In this document: positions 12,623-26,025 of the stretch, piece after piece | Layout: every line of letters begins with the position of its first letter | Numbering within the stretch: the stretch's first letter is position 1 | Source of the DNA: Octopus sinensis | Lineage: Eukaryota | Direction: 5' to 3' | Assembly: GCF_006345805.1 (NCBI RefSeq) | Contig: NC_043010.1 | Location: 31,806,001 to 31,870,000 of the forward strand | Length of the DNA stretch: 64,000 bases | Notes under the pieces: generated by a model | The model's database searches: none | What the model was told of the DNA's origin: nothing | What the model saw: only the letters and a program-made list of their open reading frames with translations | Made by a program: the position numbers and the translations under genes

Positions 12623-13872
12623 AAAGTTAAGTTTGTAAAAGTTTTTAATTCTCATCTCACTAAATTTATCCAGCTATTGTGTATCTAGTACACTCTTCGC
12701 CTTGAATGTAATGATATATGTATAATATATGGCGTGTACTGGTACACCGGCGATTATAATTAATTTTATTGTATCGCATTTATCTTTGTTTATATATATA
12801 TATATATATATAATACAAATAAGAAAATGAAAATGGAGAAACAAATTCATCTCGTTCATCAACTTACGGATATTACAATTTTACATTATTTATTAATTAT
12901 ACAAATGAGAACATCAAAATCAAACAACACATTATAGAAATCAATAGGTAATATAATAATGAAAATAATACAAATACATATTTTAATAGTCATATTATAA
13001 ACTATTAAAATTCATAAACTACTTCTTACAGCTGTTTCAGCCCATGGTCAAAAGTCAATCCAACTTATATTGCCTATAGATGTCAGTATATTATGGTTGT
13101 AGGCATTAAAAATTATACTTATATGTTAAAAGAAACATAGGCCTTGTCAGAGGATATAATTAACTTGAAAAGTATAATAATAATAATATTGATATACAAA
13201 ACATGCGGCACTTATTATCTAATATATACATATAAATAATAAAACAAATATCCAAAATACATACATATACATTTTCTTATTTGTATTATAAATTTACGGT
13301 AAAAATATGTTTTACCGTCACCCATTTAATACAATAAATGAATTAATTGCATTGCAATTAAAAGCATTTATGTATTAAGAATTTGGGTACTTTACCAACA
13401 GTATATTGGATAATTGATATCTCATAGTGGGTTACATTCATAACCCCTATCTTACTTTGACTATATATATATATATACATATATACATACATACATATAC
13501 ACCATAAAAACACATGTAATTTATGAACTTTTTTCTGCAAAAATAAAAATAAACTTTAGGGGTGCATAAATTACATGAGTAGATTGTTTCCAGAATTCTT
13601 TTGAAATTTTTTTTGTTGGAAAAAGGATGTACAAAACGTAAACATTTATACTGGAAGTTGACTCATTTAATGTCAGAACAGGTTTTTACAGATAAAATAA
13701 TGGTTTAAATATAATGAAGGTGACTTTTATTTATGCTGGAGGCAGTGGCCCAGCAACAAAATTTGCTAAGGGAGAGCAAACCCAGGTCCTAATTTTTTAG
13801 TGAAAAATGTGGATTTTTTCCAATGTTAACATTAAAAAACAAATGCTGGTATAATAATAATTTGTTTTATTA

Positions 13873-14290
13873 TGAGGGTCGGCTGAAATGTTCATAATCT
13901 GAGCAAGACACTCTCAATGGAATGTGACCAAATGAAGTTCATTTTCTAACATAGTTCCTCTTACTGTCCACAGACTTCCATTAGTAGTTGCAGTGTTGGG
14001 TCACACTGGCGAAGAAGCTTTTCTGTTGATCAAAATGGTCATCAACAACATAAGATGTTCTCATCATAGTGATACTGGTGCTCAGCTGAGTGTTTTTCTG
14101 TGTTGGGAAACAGATGATAACCAGAAGGAACCAAATCACTAACATAGGGAGGATGATCAACCAGTTCAAAGCCAGTCACACACAGCAGCCATTGAAACCA
14201 AGGACTTGTGTGCTGAAGCATTGTCCTAATGAAACAAGACCCCATTCATCAGTTTTTCTGGGTGTTTGGTCTTGATAGCCTTTCATAACT
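13873..14290 (-). mobile_element. Mariner 3' fragment
   Basis: TA|TGAGGGTCGGCTGAAATGTTCAT terminus. Minus strand reads FELVDHPPYVSDLVPSGYHLFP, a degenerate HPPYSPDLAPSDYHLF. Confidence 0.75.
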
Positions 14291-14659
14291 GCCTTAGGAA
14301 GTTGGTATTGAAATTTTCCATTGATGGTGTGATCATTTTGAAGATAGCCAATAAACACAATATTTTTTGCATTAATGCATAGTATATATAATAATGTGAA
14401 GTATATTTTGTATATTAAACTGTTTAATTTTGGAAATGTATCAAGCAGAGCTAAAATAAGCAGTAAAAATACAAATTGCAAGTATTTCAAAATGTGGGAT
14501 TCTACATGAGAAAAACTATCAAAAAAAAAAAAAAAAAAAGAAGGAAGAAAATAGTGGTACAATGAGAAGGCTCAGGATAAGGATAGAGAGATGGGGTAGA
14601 GGGAAGGAAGTTAGAAGGAAAGAAAAGAATGAAAAGTGAAAAAATAAACTGGGATCTGA

Positions 14660-14885
14660 AATGAGTACTAGGCAGGAAACTGGCCCCTGTGCCGGTGGCA
14701 TGTAAAAGCACCCACTACACTCTCAGAGTGATTGGCGTTAGGAAGGGCATCCAGCTGTAGAACTCTGCCAGATCAAGATTGGAGCCTGATGCAGCCATCT
14801 GGTTCGCCAGTACTCAGTCAAATCGTCCAACCCATGCTAGCATGGAAAGTGGACGTTAAACGATGATGATGATGATGATGATGAT
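14660..14885 (+). mobile_element. SINE/RTE-tail repeat ending in (GAT)n
   Basis: ..GGAAGGGCATCCAGCTGTAG..CCAACCCATGCTAGCATGGAAAGTGGACGTTAAACGATGATG; several copies occur in the window. Confidence 0.75.
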
Positions 14886-14941
14886 TTATATATGTATACA
14901 GATACATAGATATGTGTGTGTGTATGTGTGTATGTGTTTGC

Positions 14942-14996
<55 letters not shown>

Positions 14997-15077
14997 CTTC
15001 AACATTTAAATTTAATTTACCAAAATATTTTCATTGCTTTCAGACCGTGAACTGATCATGATAAAATTCTGTGTGTA

Positions 15078-15133
<56 letters not shown>

Positions 15134-15145
15134 CATACATATATA

Positions 15146-15335
15146 TATATCATCATCATCATCATTTAATGTCTGTTTTCCATGCTAGCACGGGTTGGAC
15201 AGTTCAACCAGAGTCTGGGAAGCCAGGAGGCTGCACCAGGCTCCAGTCTGATCTGGCAGTGTTTCTAGAGCTGGATGCCCTTCCTAATGCCAACCACTCT
15301 GTGAGTGTAGTGGGTGCTTTTTTCTTGTTACTGGC
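15146..15335 (-). mobile_element. SINE/RTE-tail repeat, inverted relative to 14660-14885
   Basis: (CAT)n-TTAATGTCTGTTTTCCATGCTAGCACGGGTTGG.. is the reverse complement of the same family. Confidence 0.75.
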
Positions 15336-16591
15336 ACATATATATATATGTACACACACATACACACACACATACATATATAAAAACACATACCTTTAGG
15401 AAGGTATGTATAATTAATTGAAGCTCTGTCTGTTCCTTCTTGTAATTCTATTTTACTTTCTCTTATGGTTAATTTTTATTAGCACAACCCCAACCATTAA
15501 AACTCCTACCATTGGCTAAGTCCCTTTCTAATGTTGCAGCCAAAAGCTGGCCCAATCAACTCAGTTTCATTATATGAATGGCTTTAATGAACTCCAAATG
15601 AACATTTGGTGATATTTCAATATATGTTTCTGAATATTTTTACTGTGGTCCTTTTTGTTATTGTTGTTAGATTGGGTTGGAGAGATCTTCAAAGTAGTCT
15701 GCCTATTTTCTTTTTTTTATTTTTCATTTATTATAACTATTACAAATATAAACAACAAACAAACAAACTTACTAACAAAATGTTCATATATATATGAAAT
15801 ATATATGAACATGCTTTCAAAATGTTTACTTCTCTTTTTCCTTATTTATGTATACTTTTAGTTGAGTTTTGGTGTAAGAAGGAAAATTCTTGATTTATCT
15901 CTCAAACCAGTAGTAGTAATAGCAGTAGTTGTAGTGGAATTTATGGTGGTGGTGGTGGTAAAACCACCACCACCACCACCACCAATAATAACAATACAGC
16001 AATAATTCAGTTTCACTCAATCTGGATAGTCACTTGGATGTGTAGTGCAGCCCTCCATAAAATCTGAAATAAATCTGTTAATATCACCAGAACCACAACC
16101 AAATCTTAAAAAAAATAATAAGTGATATGTTCAACTGGCATTATATTCATGTTGCATATGATTATCATGTACAAAATATACCCTTTAAGTAACACACAGA
16201 GTCACACACATAAAAGCACAGAAGAGATAAACAAGGCAAAATGAAATAAACTTAATGAAACCTTACATTCTTTAAAAACAAATATGTCCATGGATCAACC
16301 AAACAGAAACACTATTAGCTGGTCTAGGATGTCTGATGAGTTTGTAACATAGGTTTATTGCTATCACAATACATGAATAATGTAACATATGGTTCAGAAT
16401 CAGTTTCCCCACCAAAAGAACAGATGGACCTGTCCCTTACTGTTAGCATCCAAAATAAAAATAAAACTGAAAATGCTGGATCAATGAACACTGCATCATA
16501 GTGTTGCTTTTCTATCGTACATCAACACTATAGTCATCAAAGATGAGCACTGTAAAAGTGACTTATAATTTATGGTGTAAAAATCATGAAG

Positions 16592-16767
16592 AAGCGCAGG
16601 AGTGGCTGTGTGGTAAGTAGCTTGCTTACAAACCACATGGTTCCGGGTTCAGTCCCATTGCATGGCACCTTGGGCAAGTGTCTTCCACTATAGCCTCGGG
16701 CCGACCAAAGCCTTGTGAGTGGATTTGGTAGACAGAAACTGAAAGAAGCCCGTCGTATATATCTATC

Positions 16768-16802
<35 letters not shown>

Positions 16803-17010
16803 TTGTGTCTCTGTGTTTGTCCCCCAACATCGCTTGACAACCGATGCTGGTGTGTTTACATACCCGTAACTTAGCGGATCGGCAAAAGACACCGATAGAA
16901 TAAGTGCTAGGCTTACAAAGAATAAGTCATGGGGTCGATTTGCTTGACTGAAGGCGGTGCTCCAGCATGGCCACAGTCAGATGACTGAAACAAGTAAAAG
17001 AGTAAAAGAA
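16592..17010 (+). mobile_element. tRNA-derived SINE, full length
   Basis: A-box-like TGGCTGTGTGGT and B-box GGTTCAGTCCC, an internal microsatellite, and the tail GACTGAAACAAGTAAAAGA. Confidence 0.8.
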
Positions 17011-17123
17011 TAAGCAAGCAAAGAATATCACTGCAGACACATCAGATGCATATACATGGAAATTTACAATAGACATTAACTGGATCCCCAGAATTCCTAT
17101 AGAAAGAATGTATACTGGAAATA

Positions 17124-18403
17124 CGAGGGGCGTTCAATAAGTAATGCCCCTGACCCACTTGCATTTGTTTGATCTAGCTGAAATTTTGCATGTGCAATTA
17201 TTCATATCTCTATAGATTAAGTAGCAAATTACAGCTCTGAACTAATTGTGGTTTCCGATTTACAGGTGTTTGAACTGAGTCAAGTGTGAAATGGAGCATG
17301 TTGAGTGTCGAGCAGTGATCCGGTTTTTGTATTTGAAAGGACGCACACCACGGGAGACTTTTGATGAAATGAAAGTAACTTATGGTGATGATGCCCCATC
17401 ATATGACCTTGTAAAACGCTGGCATCGTGAATTCAAACATGGTCGGAACTCTGTGGAAACAGCTCCCAGATCTGGTCGCCCCCTTCTGCCATTGATGAGG
17501 CATCTGTCTGTTAAGTTGAGGCTGCCATTTTGGAAGATCGACACATAACTATTCGCCAAATAGCCCATGAGGTCAAGATTAGTACCGGGTCTGTGGAAAC
17601 TATCATTCATGACCATTTGCATATGCAAAAGGTGTCTGCCAGATGGATTCCCAGGTTGCTCACACCTTTCCAGAAGCAAGAACGCGTCGATTGCTCGAGG
17701 ATGAATTTGGAGATGTGCCAAGAAGATGAGTCAAAATTTTTCAAAAGACTGATTGCATAGGATAAAACCTGGGTCCATCACTATGATCCATAGACCAAAG
17801 CCCAGTCAATGCAGTGGAAGCACCATGACTCACCTCCTCCAAAGAAGGCAAGGGTGCAGCCCTCCACTGGCAAGGTCATGCTTACAGTCTTCTGGGACCA
17901 GGACGGAGTAGTGAAGACAGATTTCCTGGCAAAGGGTGCCACAATTACAGGAGTCTATTATGCTTTACTTTTGAGGAAATTAAGAGAAGCTATCAAAATC
18001 AAGAGGCGGGGCAAGATCAGCAAAGGCATCCTCCTCCTGCAGGACAACGCTCCGATCCACAACTCGCGTGTCGCCAGATCAGAAGCACAGGCGTGCGGCT
18101 ATGAACCCATCCCCCATCCTGACCTTGCACCCTCTGATTTTCACCTCTTCCCAGCCATGAAGTTGTTTTTGAAAGGAAAGCGTTTCCCAGATGATGCAGC
18201 CTTGATTTCTGAAGTCATGTCGTGGTTGGAGGACCAAGCTGGGGTCTTCTACAAAAACGGTCTTCAGAGCTGCATCAAACGATGGGAGAAATGCGTAACT
18301 CTGGGTGGTTCCTATGTAGAAAAAGACTAATAACTGTTCCAAGTTTCGTTTCTCGACTGCTTTGGGAAGTGGGTCAGGGGCATTACTTATTGAACGCCCC
18401 TCG
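17124..18403 (+). mobile_element. Full-length mariner transposon (1280 bp)
   Basis: Perfect 37-bp TIRs at 17124-17160 and 18367-18403, with TA target duplications at 17122-17123 and 18404-18405. Confidence 0.95.
17291..18330 (+). pseudogene. Mariner transposase pseudogene
   Basis: HTH MEHVECRAVIRFL..GRP, then WIPRLLT, DKTWVHHYD, LQDNAP and PDLAPSDFHLF. Lesions: a frameshift near 17485, stops at 17758 and 17791, and a missing PYSP before the third Asp. Confidence 0.92.
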
Positions 18404-18764
18404 TAAAATAAAGGAACAGATAAAAACACGACCTATCACAAACAAATGGAAACATCACAACAGAACTCACAACTTGCAAACTGTATAAGAATAAAAGTAT
18501 CAGAGCAAAGATGACTACATATACAATAAATGTGCCCTCAAAGCAGTGAAAACACTACAAAATTCAACAAATAAACATGACTATATGGCAAATAAAAAAG
18601 AAACAGACACAAATAAAAAAAAGAGCTAAAATTTAAAAGGTTGGGGAAGACCATATATGCCCCCCCATAGAAACACTCAGCGGAATTTGAACGCAGAACG
18701 TAAAGACATGAAATACCACTAAGCATTTCACCTGGTGTGCTTATGATTCTGCTAGTTTGCCATC

Positions 18765-18801
<37 letters not shown>

Positions 18802-20544
18802 TGATAAAGAAAATTTGGCTATTAATAAATGTATTAAAATAGTTGCAATGCTAAAAGACAGGCCAAAGATAGATGAGCAACACATAAATGAAAGTAACAT
18901 TTTATATGCCTTTAGATTAATATCTAAAACTGAGCTGAATATCTAAAGCAAGATAAATAGTAATATGTACATCAATACTATAACTGTTCGAATAATAAGT
19001 TATAGTTATAATAGCCTCAACTGGAAGCTAATTTAATTAGCAAGACTAGACAGGAAAATAAAAATAATGACAGTATTTTAAAGCTATCACATAAAGTCTA
19101 TATTTACTATGAATACAAGGTTGGACGGAGTTTGTGCCAATTAGAAAACTATTATAAAATACTACCTGCAGGACTACAGGAATGTTTAGTGAAGTGGGGA
19201 AGCTAAAATAAAATGCTACAACACATAAGAAAGGCAACTGCAACAACAAAAACAGGTCATGGTGGTAGTGATGGGGATAACGGTTGTTAAACAGATGTTG
19301 AGATTGCAGCAAGTTATAAAGTGGAAGGAAAGAGATGCCATACAGCGATGATGTCAAGAAGATACTTTCAGTTGTTCAATATCTGACAAAGCAAGGTAAA
19401 ATGAAAATAAATTTTAAAACAATAACTATTTAAAAACTCCCTATCACTGTCTCAAAAATCCTGGACTAAACTTTGAGGGTTAAGAGTTTTCTTTTTTTGA
19501 TCATAGCCCAAGACATATTTCTACCAAAAAGCTAACAAAAATATGCAATCAAGTTGTGTATAATAAATATATGTAGGCAGTGAGCAAACAGTCAACCATA
19601 TTATTTCTGTTTGGCCATTTAAACTAAACTAACTTTAGCACTAACACTGGCTATACCAAACTGGTTTGCATAAACAGATATGACAGTACTGGAAATTTTG
19701 CAGGAAATTACATCATTTCATATATACAGAGATGACACAAACATCTACCACAAACTGATAATTTTCTGGCATATATTGACTTATTCAGACAAGATTAAAA
19801 CAAATCAGAATGATTTGTTTTAATACCAAAGACCACAAGAGAAAACATAATTAATTGAAATAATTATTTCATAAAGAATGACAAAACATTTCGGAAAGAA
19901 AATGAGAAATTATACAAAATTCTGGAAATGGAGATATATATGGAATCAACTACATTGATTCTTGTAGTGCCTGGCACCATGATGTTGTCTGTGTATCAGT
20001 ATGGCTCTATTGTGTTTGACTTGTCGGATTATTTTCAATTTTTCCAGCTTGTGCAACAATGTCTCAAGGGTGCATACAAGCAATGAGAGGGGTCATTTTT
20101 GACAGACAGAAGACTTGATGCTTAGCAGTTCTTGTTGGTGGTCATTTTAAACCACAGCTAAGAAAATACAGCTTTACAATGCAGTTATCTGGCTTTTGAA
20201 CCCTGACACGAAACCAGCTGTATGCACAGATAACCACCAAATAACAATAGTTGACCTTATCAAACACTTTTGATTGATTCAAACTGAACAACTCCTTGCC
20301 TAAGATGACAGGAAAAACTCTCTCAATGGGTTGTCCTGGATAGATTTTTGCAGATTGGCACAGGTGTGTATAGGCCCAATAATACTGTCTGCAACAAGTG
20401 CCAACATATTTGCAAACATCTAGGTCAAAATTATGAATCTAAAGTTCAGTTCTATATTTAAGAGATGAGGAATTGTGTCTATTATTTACATTAATTACAT
20501 TATTTACATTCAACTGATATTTGTCCTCATCTTGTTTCTTGTTA

Positions 20545-20588
20545 ATACAACGTTTCGGCTGATATACCCTCCAACCTTTTTCAGGTGT
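20545..20588 (-). ncRNA. Degraded hammerhead motif in a PLE-type repeat
   Basis: ACAC-CTGAAAA-A-GGTTG..CAGCC-GAA-ACGT-T-GTAT. It has G8A and one stem I mismatch. Confidence 0.45.
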
Positions 20589-20929
20589 CTTGGGGAAATT
20601 TCGAACCTGGGTTCTCATTCCTAAGGTATTTTTCGATGTTATTTTTCGTTTTTGGATTTGGTTTGCAAGATTTTTTATGTGAGTTTTTGTGTTGAAGCAT
20701 ATTCTGTTGTGTCTGGGGAGAGTCATTTTCTTTTTGTGCCTTATAATTTAACACACTCACTGGTAAAATTTCCACTTATTCCTTATTTTTATTTTCCAAA
20801 AATTTTCGTCTTGCAACCTTTTGAGTATTTCTCATAAAATACCTACCAAAGGTTCACACCTTCAATGCAGAATATTACATGTCTTTATCAGATGAACTGC
20901 ATGAAGCTTTGAAGTAGAAATGCTGTAAA

Positions 20930-21308
20930 AAGCTGAGCCATGGTGTTTTGTTTTTGTAGGACAATGCGCAGTACATGAAACTCTATGAAAAATACACAAC
21001 TTTGGCTTTGAATTCGTAGACCACTCACCTTACTCCCCTGACTTGGCCCCCTCTTTTACCTCTTTCCACAACTGAAGAAACATCCCAAGAGAATGAAATT
21101 TCACTCCGATTTGGAAGTGATTGCTGCCGCTGCAGAGGCCTGGTTGGAGGCCCAAGATTCCAAGTTCTTTTTACAGGGCTAAAAAAACCCGAAGGACTGC
21201 TGCAATAAGTGTGTGAATCTGAGAGGGAATATGTTGGATAAAATCACAATCAACTGATCCACCTGTATTTTCTTTTACCTGAAGCCATGAATTTTTCGGC
21301 ACCCCTCA
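20930..21308 (+). mobile_element. Mariner 3' fragment
   Basis: FGFEFVDHSPYSPDLAPSFYLFPQLKKH; terminus ..TTTTTCGGCACCCCTCA|TA. Confidence 0.75.
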
Positions 21309-21547
21309 TACTTTAAAGCAGTCATGGGGTAAATTGCAGCCTTTCCCAATGAAAATTTACTTTGAATATTTTAGTAGTGCAACACATCTCTGATGCTGAG
21401 CTATGTCTCACATGGAACGCTTCTCAGAAAAGTTTACCCATGACTGATTTCAAGTCTCTATACAATATAGAACATATGTATATATGTACTACCCTATATG
21501 GATATACCATAAGTATTATATGTACTGAACTTTAGAGTGTATGTACA

Positions 21548-21662
21548 ATATGTACTATATAAACTACATGTACTATATTTACTGTATAAACTACATCTAC
21601 TATATTTACCATATAAACTACATGTGCTATATATACTATATATGCTATACATACTACATGTA
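21548..21662. repeat. ~27-bp minisatellite
   Basis: Repeats of TATAAACTACATGTACTATATTTAC(T/C)N. Confidence 0.6.
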
Positions 21663-23251
21663 CGATTTTTTAACATCTTTGTACTATATTTTAAAATTAC
21701 TTGTTTCCCAAAACAAAATTGTCATGCGTATCATATCTGGAAAGACTATAACCCTGACCTAATAGCAATTTTGACTCTTGGTAGACTTGCTATTTTTATG
21801 AAGAAGCACACCTAAGAACTAATAAAATATCAGATGTGGAAATAGAAACCTTAAAAAGAATACATGATCAAAATGAAACGTGAAAAATTACAAAGAATGA
21901 AAATAAAAACGTTAAGACTAAAAATATTGAGAGAAGATAACAACAAAGATAAATGTAGTGCAAACAAAGCAAATAAAAGACTATAAGAAAATATACAATC
22001 AAATGTCAGCTTTGTTAAAAAAATATCAACAAACAAAAATCGAAACAGAACTACAAACCTAAAAATAAGAACAGAAACATCTAATGCCAGAAAAATCTAA
22101 AGCTGAAAAGTTTGAATATGAAAATAATCTAAAGTTGGCAATGGTTAAAGAATTGAAATTGATTGAAGATCTCCCTATTGTGCAAAAAAAAAAACCCTCT
22201 TAAGATAAAAGTTAATGATGAAATAACAATAATAATGACTGTGGTGATAGATTTGGTGAAAACAGTTGTGAACATCAATATCACCAGGATAAATCAAATA
22301 ATCTATGAAGCATTAGCCTTAGTAGTTACAAAGGAAAGTGTATATTTCCTTGAAACTCCCTATATAAGAACATATAAAGTGAAGCAAACTTCTTAAAAAA
22401 TAAACTGAGGCAAGCAACTTAAAAAGTAAACATACAATTAAAGATACAAAAATGAAAGATCTCTCAATCATTAATGAAATCAATATGAAAAGACACAAAC
22501 AAAAAAAGAGGTAGAGAAATAGAGAGAAAAAGGGAGAAGAGCGATGAGAAAAGGAAAGGGAGAGAAATACAAAATAACAAACTGAATAAAAAGAAGCATT
22601 TGAAATCAAAACCATTTTTTGAATCTGAACAACACAGAAAACAAAATAGAATTCAGTGTAACTGCAAGATTGTGAGAACCAGAAGACATTTTGTGGTAGA
22701 ACATGGAGAACGGATAGATTGAAATGAGAAAGTTGATAAAAGTAAGAAGTGCAATGGCAGAGTAATTGTGTGAAGAAATAACAATCCAATTCTGTACTGT
22801 CATTATTATCTTCACCACTGCTACCATGGTCATCATTGTCATCATTATTCCTCTATTTGGTGGTCACTGAAGAAGTTAGGAGTAGAATTGAAAAATCTGA
22901 GTTTTCGGTCAGCCAATCTAAGACAAAATTAGAGAAATAAGTGACTGTGTGATAAACTTTAATAGATGAATGAATGAATATGTTGTGGTTAAGGAAATGC
23001 GTGAACTAAGGTTATCTTAAGGCAACAATGAAGAAGACGAAACTATTGAAACTATATTTACATGATGACATGGTAATGAAATAGACAGAATAATGAAAAG
23101 AACTAATAAGGGGTTTATGATCTGAGCAGAAATAGAAGAGTAGATGAACGAGGTTGAAAAGACAAAACTTCTTACCTGAGCATCTTCTGAGATTTGTATT
23201 CTTTGGCAGAAGTATTAAAGTCAACATCAATAATTATAATACTGCCAGTAC

Positions 23252-23295
<44 letters not shown>

Positions 23296-25989
23296 TGAAT
23301 AGTTGCTGTAATGGTTATGGCAATAACTTCAACAGTAGTAATAGTAATAATAATGATAATGAGTTATAATAGTAATGATAATGATAATGGTAATCATTTT
23401 GGAACATGGGGTGTTGAGTGAGGTTTACAAATTATGGTAATATAAGTTAATTGAGTAGCTAATGCACCTAACAATTATGGCTGTGCACAACATAATGATA
23501 TGAGTTACATAACCCACAATATTCCCATCCTGATGTTAATTAGGTTATGTAATTGTAAAAAGAAATTTGAATGAGCACTAGGAAATAACTGCCTAACATT
23601 GTATATAAATATAATGTTAAAACTAATCTACATACTTTCAGTTATGTCAGTTCCACTTCTTCCATTTTAAAATAAAAAATACATATTCCTCTTTATGCAT
23701 TTTGAAGCAAACATAATGTGAAAGCAACATTGCTCTCCATGAAAGTCTGGGAATTAAAGAACAAAGATTTTGATTTTCATCTAATGAGGAACATCACTAG
23801 ACATGCTAAGTCTTTTGTAAGTGATAGATGTGGTTGCAATCTATACAGTTTAGAATTGTTGAAATCTTAAAATGCATGTGTGATTTTATTAGTGGATCAG
23901 ATTAATTAAGGATCATTTCCCCACAATCTAGCTGTTGAACTTTCTGATATTTTGAATCAATTGTGTGAAATCTTTCCTGAGTGCTAAATATGTATCTATA
24001 ACTTTATGACATAGACCTTAATTACTAGTAATAAAATTTATGGATAATATTTAGGTAGCCTAGTGTATCTTAATACTATTAATACATATAACTGATCAGG
24101 TTTAAAGTACTTTTGCTTAGCCTTAGTTCTAATTTCCATGTAATTCATATTTTATATGATTTAATGTAATAACTTTATTCAATATGATTCTAGCCTTAGA
24201 TGATATTTTTATATTTGCTTCATCCTCCCTAGTTATGGCCTTTATAATTCTTTACAATTCATTATTATCCTATAAATTCTTTTAACATTTATTAATATTT
24301 ATGGCCTTTATAATTCTTTATAATTCTTATAAATTCTTTTAACATTTTCTCATTACTCTCCATAATTTTAAATTATTATAGTAATGATTTAATTATTTAT
24401 TGAACCTGTATGATTTTAATTGATTTGCTTTATTCAAGATAATGTTATGATGATTTTAGTTCATAAAAATGTTATGATTCATGTATTTTTCAGTTTTTTT
24501 TATTGAGAATATCATTTCAGTCTTTTCCTCTCAATTGTTTCTAGCCTTTCAACTTGGAACTTCATTACAGATAAATAACTGATCTCTATAAATTAAATAA
24601 TTGATCTCTATAAATTAAACATAAGTTTAAAAACAAGTTTAGAATAGAAATGCCTTTAATTGTTCTATAATTTACAACATCATTCTGCAATCCACACTCT
24701 TGATTAATAGATTGAAGTCTCACCCACTTTCCATTTCTTAAATGTTGGTAATTCTGATTAGGAATTTTACTTCTTGATAATCTATTGATTAACCAACATA
24801 TCACTACTCATTTACTTATTTGGTAAACCTGATGTGTTGAGGGTTTCGTAATGCATAACATAATCTTATGGATGTAGTGCATACTGCATACCTGACTGTA
24901 CTATGTTTATGATGTAATAAAGTTTCTTAATGAAACAACTTTAAAAGTCCCAGATAAACCATTCATCTGTTTTTATTATGTTTTTGCATCATGCTTAAGG
25001 TTCTCTTCATTGCTGGATATTTTTGGATTCTACTAGAGTTGTGCATTACCAAACAACACTGAACTTTCCTTCCTTGATGCATTACATGTTATGATAATAA
25101 ATTAGTTAACTCTCTGATTTGTAATTCTGTCTAGCCATTAAATGTGCTGTTTCTCTTATATACGTCTTGATCCTTTATAGTTGTGCTTTGTTTTACTTAT
25201 TTAAAGGGAAAAAATTTGACAAGTCAGTCAGTCGCCCGTTGACACTCGTTGACACTCGTTGACACTACATCAAAGAGGTCAGGGATCAAAAGAAAGAAGA
25301 AGAAAGAAGACATGCATCCAACACCAGAGCTGAAGACACCTCCGAAAGTGGGGGCCCCGCCACATCAAAACGGTAGAGGAGTAGGGGCCGAAACCAGATG
25401 TGGTTCCTACTGATGATGTCTTGAGTTAACTGGATCCTGTAAAGGAGCTGTTGTGGTAGCAGACAACGAAACACGGTTGAAATTCCTCCTACCTTGATCC
25501 ACTGTAATCAAATGTGTGTGTGTGTATGTGTGTGTGTGTGTATGGGATAGGTTGGTTTCTGCATGTGTATACAGTTTATCAGCTTATAGTATTCAAAGAA
25601 GAGAAATATATACAACACAAAACAAAACCAGAAAAACACAGCAACGATAGTTATTCAGAAATAGATTTGTATTTTATCTTTTACTAGTTATGGTAACTAG
25701 TAAAATATACAACCCACACAGATGCATGTAAATATATGAATAAATGTTCTCCAAACTTTCTACCAGGTTGTATCTCTTCTCTTTTCCAACTGGCACACTA
25801 TATGCATTATTTCAGCCTTCTGATATTAGTCATTTAGGTGGTCACACTACAGTGGTGACCACGACCATCTTTAACGGTGATCCTGACGTGGGATACATCA
25901 CCATGACCATCTATAGAGTCGTTAAAAACGGCCGTAATGGATTGACACCTGTATCTCTACTGTTATATATATATATATATTCTGTGTTC

Positions 25990-26025
25990 CTTTCTGTAGA
26001 AGAGCGTAGGCTCGAAACGTAAAAG
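25990..26025 (+). ncRNA. Minimal hammerhead-like motif with A6U core
   Basis: CTTT-CTGTAGA-A-GAGC-GTAG-GCTC-GAA-ACGT-A-AAAG. Confidence 0.55.

Larger units (their letters stand above)
10587..12791 (+). mobile_element. Tandem array of ~401-bp hammerhead-containing units (non-LTR retrozyme-like), ~5.5 units
   Basis: Predicted cleavage sites after 10608, 11009, 11412, 11816, 12216 and 12617 give periods of 401, 403, 404, 400 and 401. Units differ mainly by 1-bp indels. (TA)n lies on both flanks. Confidence 0.9.

Noticed and set aside
10808-12655. 79-aa ORF on the minus strand of the array unit (MRIKNFYKLNF..)
   Set aside because: It recurs only because the units are near-identical, it is broken in two units, it has no recognisable motif, and it runs antisense through the ribozyme.
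10587-12791. CRISPR array or plain satellite interpretation
   Set aside because: Units are ~401 bp and wholly repeated with no unique spacers, the context is eukaryotic, and the embedded ribozyme explains the array better.
13022-13040. GAAA-CAGCTG-TA-AGAAG half motif on the minus strand
   Set aside because: No CUGANGA core was found upstream.
18900-25200. Host-gene exons in the less repetitive stretches
   Set aside because: The candidate AG..GT segment at ~19256-19396 has stops in all three frames and no protein family was recognisable. Short exons cannot be excluded without RNA-seq.
25400-25480. CTGATGA-TGTCT..AGACA-AC-GAAA motif
   Set aside because: No paired stem I or stem III could be built.
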